Part shown: one piece after another, positions 23,748 through 39,924 of the stretch | How positions within the stretch are numbered: the first letter of the stretch is position 1 | Layout of the letters: each line of letters starts with the position of its first letter | Assembly: GCA_002269645.1 (NCBI GenBank) | Contig: NIVC01002806.1 | Coordinates: forward strand, 42,501 to 106,500 | Direction: 5' to 3' | DNA length: 64,000 nt | From: Macrostomum lignano | Taxonomy: Eukaryota | Made by a program: the position numbers and the translations under genes | The notes under the pieces: model-generated | Seen by the model: the letters and a program-made list of their open reading frames with translations, nothing else | Told to the model about the DNA's origin: nothing | Databases searched by the model: none

Positions 23748-26185
23748 TTAGTTGGCCAGCCAAATGTCGCTGGTGCAGTCTCCGCCTGGGTAGCGCATCT
23801 CGTGCGCCAGGACCGGACCTTCGGGCTCGGCTCCGTAGTCCACCAAGAAGTTCTCGTCAATGGTCAGGCCGCCTTTCTCCGTGTCCACATTGATGCGGAC
23901 CATCATGGTGCCGGACCTATGGATTTCAATGCATCAATGGGTTATCGACTCGGCTGAACAGATCTGAACCGAAGTGGCCTTGACCTGATCTCAGCTGGAC
24001 TGAGCTGGTCTGAACTGATCTGAACTGGTCTGAACTGGTCTGAACTGGTCTGAACTGGACTGAGCTGGTCTGAACTGGACTGAGCTGGTCTGAACTGGTC
24101 TGAACTGGTCTGAACTGGTCTGAACTGATCTGAACTGGACTGAGCTGGTCTGAACTGGTCTGAACTGGTCTGAACTGATCTGAACTGGACTGAGCTGGTC
24201 TGAACTGGTCTGAACTGGTCTGAACTGGTCTGAACTGATCTGAACTGATATGAACTGGCCTTGAACTGATCTCAGCTGTTCTGAGCTGGTTTAAAATCTA
24301 AATCGGTCAGTCAGGATGAGTCTGACCTTGCACAGACCTGGTCTTTGGTCCCTCGGTCTAAAGTGGAGCAGGGCGGCCAGGCTTATCTAGCCTTATCTTA
24401 TCAGTTTATTATTCAAACCGAACCAAGGTGGTCTTCAGCGATTTTGCCTGACCTATTTTACTGCGCCTACCCTGGACCCGCTCTACAAATTAATCTACGT
24501 CACACGAGCTATGTACGCACGAGTGACGTTTTCAAATGGAAATCTTCCGTTTGAGAGATAAGCTTGCTTCATACAGCTCAGTTTCGGGAAGTCGGGAACA
24601 TTATTGTATGAGCTCATCAATAAGTATCCACAAGCTTCTATTCGCTTTATTCTACGACTAAGAGACGACTAAAAGATGTTGCGAGACTGCTTTTCACTCA
24701 CTTCATCAGTTCCGGGTAGAACTGCTTGTCCCAAGCGGAAAACAGAGACGTGGTCACGTACAGTCGTCGACCGTCCAGGCTTAGCTGCAGCATCTGCGGC
24801 CCGCCAGCCACGCGGCGGCCTTTCACAAACAGCCTCTTTGGCTGCTCGGTCAGCTCCGGATCCTCGGTAACGCGTACGCCCTCGCCAGCCGCGATGCTAC
24901 CGCCGAACCAGCACTGGCCAACCAGGCGGGGCTTGTGCGGATCGGTGATGTCGTACTGGCGCAAGTCTCCGTGAATCCAGTTGCTGATGTACAGGTAGCG
25001 GTCGTCAAGGGAGATAAGGATGTCGGTGATCAGAGAAGGCATGTTAGGGAGAGCCCAGCCCTCAACTTTCTTGGGTGGCACGCTGATGACTCGCTCGGCC
25101 ACCCACTTGTCGGAGCCCTCCGGCCGGTAGAAGTGGTGCACGGTGCCGCTCAGGGCACAGCCCACGAAGCCGTGGACGCTGGTCGGGTCGTGCAGGAAGC
25201 GAACTTCCAGCGGAATTTGGCCACCCTGGTCCGCCAGGTTGATCGTCTGCAGCCGCTTCCGGTTGCGCCAGTCCCAGAAGTGCAGGGAGCTGCCGTAGCC
25301 CCCGGCGTTGAGGTCATCCAGACTGAAGCCGCGCTTGAAGCAGCGCGGAGCGCCCCACTCGCTGCTCACCATGATGTTGTGCAGCGGCTGGTACCAGTAG
25401 TCGTAGCCAAACGGAGTCACATCCGACTCTGCCTGCCACGTTCCTTTTGTTTTGAAAGTCTTACCATCCAGCAGAACGAAGGCGCCCTTGCCTTCGCCCT
25501 TCGGATCGCCCATAGTACTGATCATGATTTCCCCACTGGCCAGGCAGTGAGTCGTGTGAGGAGTCGCCAAGCCCAGCTTGTGCAATTCGGTCGGCTCAAC
25601 CGCGCAGTGGACTTTCGGTGCTCTCTCGCAATCGCCGCCGACGTTCACAACGTAGATGCGGTCGCTTTTCAGGCAGGGCAAGATCATCTTGTCGCGCACG
25701 ACACTGCAGTCGCCGTGGCAGCTGGAGCAGACGTTCCAGCCGGAATGGTGCAGCTCGTCGCCGTTGTGCGGCATGTAGCATCGGCCGATCACCGACGAAA
25801 AGGTCGGCGAGGCGTCGTCAACGTCAACCACGCTGAGGTAGTCGGGCCGGTTGCCGTCGGGCACAATGCAGGTCACGTAGAGGAGCTTCTCGCGCGGTCC
25901 GGAGCGCATGGCCTCCAGAGGGCTGCTGTAGCCGGGACCCGAGCCGCCGCAGGCTGGCGAATGGGATTAGAAATTAAATTATTTTTGGCAAGGTAATTTT
26001 GTGCCGACTAAGCGAACTTTGTCTAGGTTTGATATTCCTAGGTTTGTGATAAATCGCATTTTCACCGTCTTTGTACGTACAGAACCGTAACGATTGAATT
26101 GAGGACAGATTGAGGACAGATTCTGCATACAAAGTTACGTATTTAAATGAAAACCAAACAAGAATGAAAGGTATTACTCACACAT
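23748..26185 (-). CDS. SELENBP1: Selenium-binding protein 1 / methanethiol oxidase (SBP56 family)
   Basis: Exons 26185-26182 (ATGT|GTGAGT), 25953-24702, 23916-23748(TAA). [103 protein letters not shown]-terminus [17 protein letters not shown]. Confidence 0.96.
23990..24290 (+). repeat. Intronic 10-bp repeat TCTGAACTGG
   Basis: About 30 tandem copies with GACTGAGC variants. Confidence 0.95.
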
Positions 26186-26740
26186 GCTTTTGCAGTCTAG
26201 TCAAAATAATAACACAAAATTAGAGAAATACAGGGCAGAAGAGTTTTCTTCGTTTCTTTTCTTGGGTCGTTGCAGTCAAAGTAACCCTTGCGAGGCTCAG
26301 AACCAGCTTTATTTATATCCAACCACTGAGACTCTTGACGCCCTGGGTGGCGTGGTTGAACAGCTTTACAATGACAGTCTTTATCTGTCAAATAATATGC
26401 AGCCCTGGGAATTCTGACCGCCACCTCAGCTCTCACCACCCTGGCAGTGCAATGCAGTGTACATTTATTGTACTTTGACCCAGAAGATATCAAAACAAGT
26501 CTGTTAACAAACAACTTCGCTTGCAACTGCCCCGGCTTGCCACTCTTTTCACTGTGCGCCTCGCTTAGCAGGCTGGCACCCGTCTAAACAGTGAATGGAG
26601 GGTGCGAGGATAGAGGCTCTGGTTCCAAGACTTCCGGCTCATTTCTCTTTGCAGACCAGCCTGAGCACTCAACCAACCCTGTACAGTCGGACTAGATCGC
26701 GTTGCCTGGTTTAAACTACTTTCTAGATAGTAGTCTCAAA

Positions 26741-29700
26741 AGAATTTATTGAATTTAGTCCACTTCTCTAAATAAAGAATGATACAAGTTAAAAATGTGA
26801 GTTATTGTCGGGTAATCTACGTCGATCAAAAATCAAAAATGAAACTATTTACATATAGGACTTCATCTTAAACTGAAATACACCTTTGAATCCACTTCTT
26901 GCCTGGCGAATATAAAATATTTACAGATTCTTCGCAAACAAAAATCCACTTTGATTTTACTATAGAATTGCTAAAAAATGCTATGGCTCATAGGGGAATT
27001 GCTGAGATGTCAAGGCTCATGGGGGGAATTGTTGAGATGTTAAGGCTTATGAGGGAATTGTTGAGATGTCAAGGCTCATGGGGGGAATCGTTGAGATGTC
27101 AAGGCTCATGGGGGAATTGCTGAGATGTCAAGGCTCATGGGGGAATTGCTGAGATGTCAAGGCTCATGGGGGGATTGCTGAGATGTCAAGGCTCATGGGG
27201 GAATAGCTGAGATGTTAAGGCTCATGGGGGTTACTGAGATGCCAAGGCCCATGGGGAGAATTGTTGAGATGTTAAGGCTCATGGGGGGAATTGCTGAGAT
27301 GTCAAGGCTCATGGGGGAATTGCTGAGATGTCAAGGCTTATGGGGGGATTGCTGAGATGTTAAGGCTTATGGGGGGATTGCTGAGATGTTAAGGCTTATG
27401 GGGGGATTGCTGAGATGTTAAGGCTTATGGGGGGATTGCTGAGATGTTAAGGCTTATGGGGAATTTTTGAGATGTTAAGGCTCATGGGGGTTACTGAGAT
27501 GCCAAGGCTCATGGGGGGAATTTTTGAGATGTTAAGGCTCATGGGGGTTACTGAGATGCCAAGGCTCATGGGGGCAATTTTTGAGATGTTAAGGCTCATG
27601 GGGGGATTGCTGAGATGTTAAGGCTTCTGGGGGAATTTTTGAGATGTTAAGGCTCATGGGGAGAATTGTTGAGATGTTAAGGCTCATGGGGGAATCGTTG
27701 AGATGTTAAGGCTCATGGGGGTTACTGAGATGCCAAGGGTCACTTAGAAGTTGTTGGTAGGCCAAGCATCAAAGAGAGAGTTAGGGTTTAGCCATGGCTT
27801 AAAGGAAGGCTTTGGTGCCAAAGTTCACAGGGGATGCTGGTATCTTAGGCTAGATATATATAGCTGGCTTTCAGGCCTGATGCTTTTTGGCTCTAACGAC
27901 ATTTTCCTTTAGGATACTAACAATAGCGATTGTGCAAGTTCAAAACCTACATGCAGTTTTTTTACAAGAATTTTACAAGAATTTATTGAATTTAGTCCAC
28001 TTCTCTAAATAAAGAATGATACAAGTTAAAAATGTGAGTTATTGTCGGGTAATCTACGTCGATCAAAAATCAAAAATGAAACTATTTACATATAGGACTT
28101 CATCTTAAACTGAAATACACCTTTGAATCCACTTCTTGCCTGGCGAATATAAAATATTTACAGATTCTTCGCAAACAAAAATCCACTTTGATTTTACTAT
28201 AGAATTGCTAAAAAATGCTATGGCTCATAGGGGAATTGCTGAGATGTCAAGGCTCATGGGGGGAATTGTTGAGATGTTAAGGCTTATGAGGGAATTGTTG
28301 AGATGTCAAGGCTCATGGGGGGAATTGCTGAGATGTCAAGGCTCATGGGGGAATTGCTGAGATGTCAAGGCTCATGGGGGAATTGCTGAGATGTCAAGGC
28401 TCATGGGGGATTGCTGAGATGTCAAGGCTCATGGGGGAATAGCTGAGATGTTAAGGCTCATGGGGGTTACTGAGATGCCAAGGCCCATGGGGAGAATTGT
28501 TGAGATGTTAAGGCTCATGGGGGAATTGCTGAGATGTCAAGGCTCATGGGGGAATTGCTGAGATGTCAAGGCTTATGGGGGGATTGCTGAGATGTTAAGG
28601 CTTATGGGGGGATTGCTGAGATGTTAAGGCTCATGGGGGAATTGCTGAGATGTTAAGGCTTATGGGGGAATTGCTGAGATGTTAAGGCTTATGGGGGGAT
28701 TGCTGAGATGTTAAGGCTTATGGGGGGATTGCTGAGATGTCAAGGCCCATGGGGAGAATTGTTGAGATGTTAAGGCTCATGGGGGAATTGCTGAGATGTC
28801 AAGGCTCATGGGGGAATTGCTGAGATGTCAAGGCTCATGGGGGAATTGCTGAGATGTCAAGGCTCATGGGGGAATTGCTGAGATGTCAAGGCTTATGGGG
28901 GGATTGCTGAGATGTTAAGGCTTATGGGGGATTGCTGAGATGTTAAGGCTTATGGGGGATTGCTGAGATGTTAAGGCTTATGGGGAATTTTTGAGATGTT
29001 AAGGCTCATGGGGGTTACTGAGATGCCAAGGCTCATGGGGGGAATTTTTGAGATGTTAAGGCTCATGGGGGTTACTGAGATGCCAAGGCTCATGGGGGCA
29101 ATTTTTGAGATGTTAAGGCTCATGGGGGATTGCTGAGATGTTAAGGCTTCTGGGGAATTTTTGAGATGTTAAGGCTCATGGGGAGAATTGTTGAGATGTT
29201 AAGGCTCATGGGGGAATCGTTGAGATGTTAAGGCTCATGGGGGTTACTGAGATGCCAAGGGTCACTTAGAAGTTGTTGGTAGGCCAAGCATCAAAGAGAG
29301 AGTTAGGGTTTAGCCATGGCTTAAAGGAAGGCTTTGGTGCCAAAGTTCACAGGGGATGCTGGTATCTTAGGCTAGATATATATAGCTGGCTTTCAGGCCT
29401 GATGCTTTTTGGCTCTAACGACATTTTCCTTTAGGATACTAACAATAGCGATTGTGCAAGTTCAAAACCTACATGCAGTTTTTTACAAGAATTTTACAAG
29501 AATTTATTGAATTTAGTCCACTTCTCTAAATAAAGAATGATACAAGTTAAAAATGTGAGTTATTGTCGGGTAATCTACGTCGATCAAAAATCAAAAATGA
29601 AACTATTTACATATAGGACTTCATCTTAAACTGAAATACACCTTTGAATCCACTTCTTGCCTGGCGAATATAAAATATTTACAGATTCTTCGCAAACAAA

Positions 29701-30117
29701 AATCCACTTTGATTTTACTATAGAATTGCTAAAAAATGCTATGGCTCATAGGGGAATTGCTGAGATGTCAAGGCTCATGGGGGGAATTGTTGAGATGTTA
29801 AGGCTTATGAGGGAATTGTTGAGATGTCAAGGCTCATGGGGGGAATCGTTGAGATGTTAAGGCTCATGGGGGTTACTGAGATGCCAAGGGTCACTTAGAA
29901 GTTGTTGGTAGGCCAAGCATCAAAGAGAGAGTTAGGGTTTAGCCATGGCTTAAAGGAAGGCTTTGGTGCCAAAGTTCACAGGGGATGCTGGTATCTTAGG
30001 CTAGATATATATAGCTGGCTTTCAGGCCTGATGCTTTTTGGCTCTAACGACATTTTCCTTTAGGATACTAACAATAGCGATTGTGCAAGTTCAAAACCTA
30101 CATGCAGTTTTTTACAA
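26741..30117 (+). repeat. Three-copy tandem macro-repeat, each copy containing a variable 21-22-bp minisatellite
   Basis: Units start at 26741, 27978 and 29499 (about 1237, 1521 and 618 bp). Each has ~250 bp unique head, a (GGGGGAATTGCTGAGATGTCAAGGCTCAT-like) array, and ~240 bp unique tail; heads and tails are near-identical. Confidence 0.96.
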
Positions 30118-31391
30118 AAAATAGCTAGCCAAATGCTATGAATCAACATTTCTCCCTTAGAAAAAATAACGCATAGCTCTTGATGCGCAGAGTTTTGCTT
30201 CCCTTGGTTGGCTTGCTACAGAATTCCGCAATTTCGCAGCAGCAAATCAGCTGAAGAAAAAGCAGGAGCAGCTGCCGTGCTTGCATGTTTGGTGAAGTTG
30301 CGCAGTTTCCCATTTTGCTGTTGCGTCATCGCGCTTGCATGACCTGAAGAATTCCGCGTACAGAAAGTCTTGGGAAGGTCTTCCTACCGCACGATGCCTT
30401 TGCCAATGCTTTTGGCACGGACCCAACATGGTTTCCGCTTTCAAAGCAATGCAGCTATCATTTTCCCGACTGTCCCCCTTGACCCCGGCCTCTGTCACTC
30501 TACTGGTCCAAGGAAAGCCATATCTGGTAGCTAGTTGAGGCTCTAGATCTCTATGACTGGTCTAACGAACTGTTCAAACGAGAAAATCTTCAGATGCATG
30601 CACAGATTCCGGGACTTCTATAGGGGGGGGGGGAATAAATGCCATATGCAGACGCATCAACAGTCTACGCATTACTAGCTGTGTTTTCTCAGCGCATTAC
30701 CCTCCTGCAAAGCGGTGCCAATCGGTACAGCCATCCATTCCCCATACCTGTAGCAGAGGAAACTGCCCCTCAGCTACAGGCCTCCATCCTCTCTCCCAGC
30801 TAACCCCCTCCTGCCTGCAGCGTACACAGATTGCTGCGTTAAGGCCTCTCCCAGCCCCTTCGGCCTGGCTACGCAACTGGGAGTCTCTCAATCGTCATTG
30901 GTGGCGCGTGGCTCTGGTGAGGCTGGCAATCGCTGCATCACTTGATTCCCCCTGCACAAATCTCCCCAACTGTCTCCCCTCTCTCCGTCTCGCCGAACCC
31001 AATGAAGTTTTCGGTGTCGCCAAAGCTCCAACACGCGCAGACAGCCTGGCGGGCAGGCAGACACACAGGAGGCCCACCGGCAGCGAGGCGCAGGCCGATT
31101 CCAAGGGCGAACCAGGGGGGAGCTGGCCTGACAACTAAGAGAAAAAACTGAAGTAGGGGTGGCTCAGCCATGCCTGTGAGGCGCAGTCGCCCCCCTCTTC
31201 TACCCTGGTCCCTTCCTCTCCTGTGACATCTGCCTCCGACCCCCCACTCTGTTGGAGGACAGTCCTCATGAACAAACTGTCGTCACCAACGAAGACTCCG
31301 TCCTTTGCCCGGAGACAAGCGTCAGTGACAGCCAGTAAGTTTGATATCTTTGATGCTGCAATAGCTTCTGGTTGATTCGGAACTGAATTTG

Positions 31392-31652
31392 AGACATTTG
31401 CTCTAAGACATTTGCTCTAAGACATTTGCTCTAAGACATTTGCTCTAAGACATTTGCTCTAAGACATTTGCTCTAAGACATTTGCTCTAAGACATTTGCT
31501 CTAAGACATTTGCTCTAAGACATTTGCTCTAAGACATTTGCTCTAAGACATTTGCTCTAAGACATTTGCTCTAAGACATTTGCTCTAAGACATTTGCTCT
31601 AAGACATTTGCTCTAAGACATTTGCTCTAAGACATTTGCTCTAAGACATTTG
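31392..31652 (+). repeat. 14-bp minisatellite AGACATTTGCTCTA
   Basis: About 18 perfect tandem copies. Confidence 0.97.
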
Positions 31653-32443
31653 GTCCAGCGTCAAGTGAAAGCTAGAATAAATCTGGCGCCAGCTTCGGTG
31701 TACAGTTCAGAAACTGAAAAGCATTCGAAGCGAAAATCAACAGACTTCAACAAGTCTGCCTCAGTGAGCCGAGCTGTCAATTCCGATCATTGACTTGCAG
31801 CAGTTATTGGTAGGACTTAAAAGATCGAGATAAGCCCCATCCTGCCTGCTAAGTGGTGTCAGTTCTCTACTGCCGGATCTTCTGGAACGAGTTGCACCTA
31901 TCCCGCGGCTTGTCGAGAGAAAAATGGTCTTGTCTCTTCTGCAGGCAGTTACAGGAAGTTCGCACCGAGTGCAAGCCAGTTCCCCTTATTTCAAACCTGG
32001 CCGGCCTAAAACACTTTCCAGCTTCCCTCTCTTCTGCGGTCGTTAAAACCTGTAAGACTGCGCCAGCATCCGCATCACCTGCGCGCATCACTTGCGTTAT
32101 TGCCGTTTAGTCTGCGAACTGCAGGTGGGGTCAACTGTTTCCTTGCTTGCACCGCAGTTTCAGTGCAGCTTAGAAGGTGAGACTCGCATAGCAGCAGCCA
32201 CTGCTGCGCCCTCCCGGCCATTCACCCACTGCACCGTCGGCGACAGGTGAGGACAGGCGCGCATTCAGCGTTTGGTTGGCAGTCTGACTGTTCCGCTGCG
32301 TTGTGACACTCAGCTTGAGTTTTTGTTTTGCCATTACTTGCTAACAGTAGTGCCGTCATCTCATCTCTATCATCTCTATCTTCATTTATGCCATTGCAGA
32401 TCAAGAAATTCTGCGTCTGCTGCTGACCAAGATTTACTGTGAG

Positions 32444-32740
32444 ATCCCAGCTGATCCACACCGAGATCCCAGCTGATCCACACCGAGATCCCAGCTGATC
32501 CACACCGAGATCCCAGCTGATCCACACCGAGATCCCAGCTGATCCACACCGAGATCCCAGCTGATTCACACCGAGATCCCAGCTGATCCACACCGAGATC
32601 CCAGCTGATTCACACCGCGAGATCCCGGCTGATCCACACCGAGATCCCGGCTGATCCACACCGAGATCCCGGCTGATCCACACCGAGATCCCAACTGATC
32701 CACACCGAGATCCCAGCTGATCCACACTGAGATCCCCGCT
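32444..32740 (+). repeat. 22-bp minisatellite GAGATCCCAGCTGATCCACACC just upstream of the innexin ATG
   Basis: About 13-14 tandem copies ending ~75 bp before ATG 32816. Confidence 0.96.
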
Positions 32741-32815
32741 GAATCGCACGACAGGATCTGCTTCATACAGAGACAATATCCGACCCAAAACTGATTGAAT
32801 CTTCCAACTTAAACG

Positions 32816-36395
<3,580 letters not shown>

Positions 36396-37227
36396 CCCGG
36401 CGCCAAGGAGTCGGGTTCGCTTGCGGCGACATTCCGTCCAATCTATGGCATCTGCGCTTACCCTCACGTGATGCTTAGTTCAATGAATATCTCTGATTTA
36501 TGCCTTAAAGTCTTGCAATTACTCGTATATTAAAAGCCTTCCCTATGCGAACACCTTTTACACAACACAGCGACTTGTTCAGCAGTAAATTTAGCCATAA
36601 TGCAGTCCTGCTCGGTGCAATCCTGTCGCCCATATTCTACCCTCCGAATTGGTATGAAACAAACTTGCTACCAAATTGATAAATAAATAGATTTATTGCT
36701 ATATATCCTCGTTCGAGGGGCTCAGCTGATTCTTCGTTTACGTAGTATCAGCATGCACGTGGATAAAAGTTGATGGAGAAGTCTCTCAGCAACGCTCTCA
36801 GTTTCAGTATACACATTTGAATTGGGCTGAACCAACCAAATGAATAAATCGAAAGTCTGAATGTTTAACATTTTCATAGTTTTCATGCGCACTTGAGTTT
36901 TGGCCATCTAACTCTGGGCCAGTGAGTATACTTGAAAAGCCACAAGCGAAGTAAATAGAGGCTTGAACCTTTATTAATAAATAGACCAATAAGATGAGCA
37001 TAGATCTATTGTTATAATGAAAGCATGCGACATTGTTGTGCATTGACGTGTCCGGGCATTGTGCTTGTATTTTATAGTCTGTAGCATTAAAGTTGAGTCT
37101 TTACATTTAATTATTTTAGTGCATAAAGCTTCATGCCAAACCATCTTCTTTGGTCGAAGACTTCTGCTATTTTGATGCTTGAAGTTCACTGTAGTTAGCG
37201 TTAAATAATGCAGAATTATGATAAGCG

Positions 37228-38970
37228 TTACGCTCGATACATCATGGATGTTCGGTTGGCCTGCCTCATCCAGCCCTGCGAGACGCTGGCCATCATGGCT
37301 TTCTGCAGGTAGTTGGACAGTCCGCTGGGCTTTGTGTCCACTCCGATGTGGTTCCAGCACCAGGAGCTCAAGTCCCAGGCCATGCGCCGATCAGTTGAGT
37401 CGTGCATGTGCAGCATACCGATTTTGGCCTCTGTCGCTGGATCCTTCATAAAGGCGTTCAACGTCTCGAAGCGGAAATACGACGCGAGGCACTTGCGCAG
37501 GCCCATGTAGGCGTTGTAGGGCACGCTGCCTGTGGTGTTGATGTCGCGCATGAATGCGTCTTGACCTATCTGACTGCAATTGGTCATCAAGTCCTTCATC
37601 TTTGAGTGCAGCGTCATCAGTAGGTCTTCCGTGAAGTTGTGGTACAAGTCGCCTTCCAGCTCAAACTCTTTCGACCTGATCAACCGCAAGATGATGCTGG
37701 GCACTTCCCAGAAATTGTCCTTCTCCTTGATTACCGACGAGGAATACACGACGGGATTGGCGGTGCCGGCTTGCTCGGATAGCATCGGCAAGGAGCTGCT
37801 AGCGTCCACTTTGATCCTTCCGTCCCAGGGCAAGCAGCCAAAGGCGAGCAGCAGGAAGATGTAGTAGGCAGACTCCAGGTCCTGCATGAAATGGAATATC
37901 TTGTTCTTCACCCGCAAGGTTGAGACAAATCGCTCGTGGTAGCCAAACGACGGCTTAGCGCTGCTGGGCATCTGGACGCTCGTTGAGAAGTCGCTGATGT
38001 ACAACACGTTGCAGGCGTTGCCGGAGCCGAAGCGCAGGCAGTCGGTATTGAGGTCGCCGTGCACAACGCCGTACTTGTGCATGACGATGAGGCGGCAGAT
38101 CAACTGATCAAACAGCATCATCGCTGAGGACAGGTTGAAATATTTTGACTGCGAACGCAAAATTTCTATGAGGTAAGACACGCACGGGCCCAGTTTCTCC
38201 GTGGTCATGTAGCTCAGAGTCGAGCTCACGCACGAGCTGGTTGACAGTGGCAGCTTCAGTGTTATTGTCGAGATATCCATCATGTTGCCGTGTGTATCGT
38301 AATAGTTGTAAGCCTCGAAGCCGCGCGCGGGATAGTCAAAATCGGTGCCAGATACCGAGCAGTACTCGAACGGCATGGGAATGCCGACCATGTGGTCAAA
38401 GTTGCACTGCTTGCTCCGCATTTCGTGCCGGTACTGCTCCCACAGCCAGGTCAGAATCTGGAACTCGCGCAGTAGTAGCAGATTGGACGGCTTCTTGGCC
38501 TTTCCCAGTGGCACGGCCTCGACGGTCATTGTCACCGGGTAGCAGAAGTCGGTGGCGCGAGTCTCTCGCAGCACCGAGTTTTGCTTGGCGCTGGATTCTG
38601 TATATCGCTGAATGGCGGTTTCAAATGCCTCGTGGAAGGTGAACTGCTCGGGGTCCTTGGCCTTGCACATGGTCTCTCTGCTCGTTTTGGACACGTTCGG
38701 AAACAGTTCGGCCTGGAACTTGTAGGGCGCATTGAAAGTGGTCAGCACGTAGATGTACGGCTCGCCCGGCTTAGGCGATGAAAGATCGTACTTCTTGCTG
38801 AATTCTTTGCTTCCACAGATGCTCTGCAGCAGGCGCTTGACGTACCTTTCCACTTCGTTTAAGGCGGACTGGACCAGTTCCTTCGTCGCCGGGTCCTCAC
38901 TGGTCATACCGGAGCGGCCGAGATTCACTGACAGTTTTGGTGGCAGAATTCCGCTATCGGAGGACGTCAT
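37228..38970 (-). CDS. Intronless casein kinase 1 (CK1/TTBK/VRK)-like protein, probable pseudokinase, 580 aa
   Basis: Uninterrupted ORF. YMTTEKLGPCVSYL ~ CK1 VMELLGPSLEDL; HKYGVVHGDLNTDCLRFG ~ HRDIKPDNFL; LYISDFS ~ VYIIDFG; DLESAYYIFLLLAFGCLPWDG ~ DDLESLGY..GSLPWQG. Confidence 0.85.
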   Translation of the reverse strand: MTSSDSGILPPKLSVNLGRSGMTSEDPATKELVQSALNEVERYVKRLLQSICGSKEFSKKYDLSSPKPGEPYIYVLTTFNAPYKFQAELFPNVSKTSRETMCKAKDPEQFTFHEAFETAIQRYTESSAKQNSVLRETRATDFCYPVTMTVEAVPLGKAKKPSNLLLLREFQILTWLWEQYRHEMRSKQCNFDHMVGIPMPFEYCSVSGTDFDYPARGFEAYNYYDTHGNMMDISTITLKLPLSTSSCVSSTLSYMTTEKLGPCVSYLIEILRSQSKYFNLSSAMMLFDQLICRLIVMHKYGVVHGDLNTDCLRFGSGNACNVLYISDFSTSVQMPSSAKPSFGYHERFVSTLRVKNKIFHFMQDLESAYYIFLLLAFGCLPWDGRIKVDASSSLPMLSEQAGTANPVVYSSSVIKEKDNFWEVPSIILRLIRSKEFELEGDLYHNFTEDLLMTLHSKMKDLMTNCSQIGQDAFMRDINTTGSVPYNAYMGLRKCLASYFRFETLNAFMKDPATEAKIGMLHMHDSTDRRMAWDLSSWCWNHIGVDTKPSGLSNYLQKAMMASVSQGWMRQANRTSMMYRA

Positions 38971-39924
38971 TTCCAGTGCTTAGCAGGCCGTCGAAGGGAG
39001 TTGCTTTGCTAAGCAAATCGGTATGCCGCTTGCCGCTGAAAGTTGCCTTGAGTGTCGCTCAGAAGCAGCCCCGTCCCTTCCCGCGTCTGAGTCTGCCTCT
39101 GCCTTTTGTCTATGGGCCAGAGCACTTTTAAAGCCTCCCTCTTCCTAGCAAACATTCCACTGAAAATTAAAGTGCACTAAAAAATTGTTTTTTAAACGCC
39201 TAAAAAGCGCATAACTATTTAAACTACTAACAGTAGATTGAAATTTTTAAATATAGTTTATTGTTTTCTAACTTGCTTTATCCCCAAAATAGCAGGCTTA
39301 AGTTAGTGATGCAGTAAGCCGAGTCGGCATCAGCTTTGCACATTTCAGATAAGCCAACACATTGCGCACAAGTACATGTACTTGATGGCTATGTATTTAA
39401 GATTTTTGCTAATAGTCGCAGGCAAGTGGGTGAATTCAGTTTGATCTTGTACTCGAATATAGGCAAGTGCATTTTTAAACTATAATTTGTACTGCTTGAG
39501 GTGTGCAGCAATTGGGATAGGGGGGGGGGGTCACGAGTAGATTATATATCTTGTGAGGAGATTAGCAAAATTTCAAAATTCGCATTCGCCGCAACACAGA
39601 AAGCCGAACCGCAAGCCGTTTGGGGTCGAAAAGAAATCGCAAAGCAAACGGAGCAACAGAAGAAGCGACAGAATGCGGGACTGTTGTGCTTCTGCGGAAA
39701 CAGAGAAAGAGCTCTGGCTTGCGCTGAGCTTCCCGCTGCTGTCACAGTCCCTGCCTTTGACGGCTGCTAATTTTACCTGGTGTGTTGCAGATTAAGCATT
39801 GCATGAGGCCAAGGACATGTTGACGTTACTTTGTAAAATGAATGAGTTTTGGAGTTCGCGTTATTTACTTTTATAACTTTGTAACAGTACTATAATATAA
39901 TAGATTGACCATATAATTGTCAGC

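Noticed and set aside
24935-25996. 353-aa plus-strand ORF
   Set aside because: Antisense shadow of the GC-rich SELENBP1 exon; no independent motif.
26250-26440. Possible L2/CR1 3'-end fragment (WNS-like)
   Set aside because: Needs several indels to read the motif; too weak without a search.
30247-31330. Short ORFs including CVRCRQEG (gag knuckle-like) and GRPSQDFLYAEFF
   Set aside because: The knuckle lacks the His and last Cys and there is no supporting domain or splice pattern; left unannotated.
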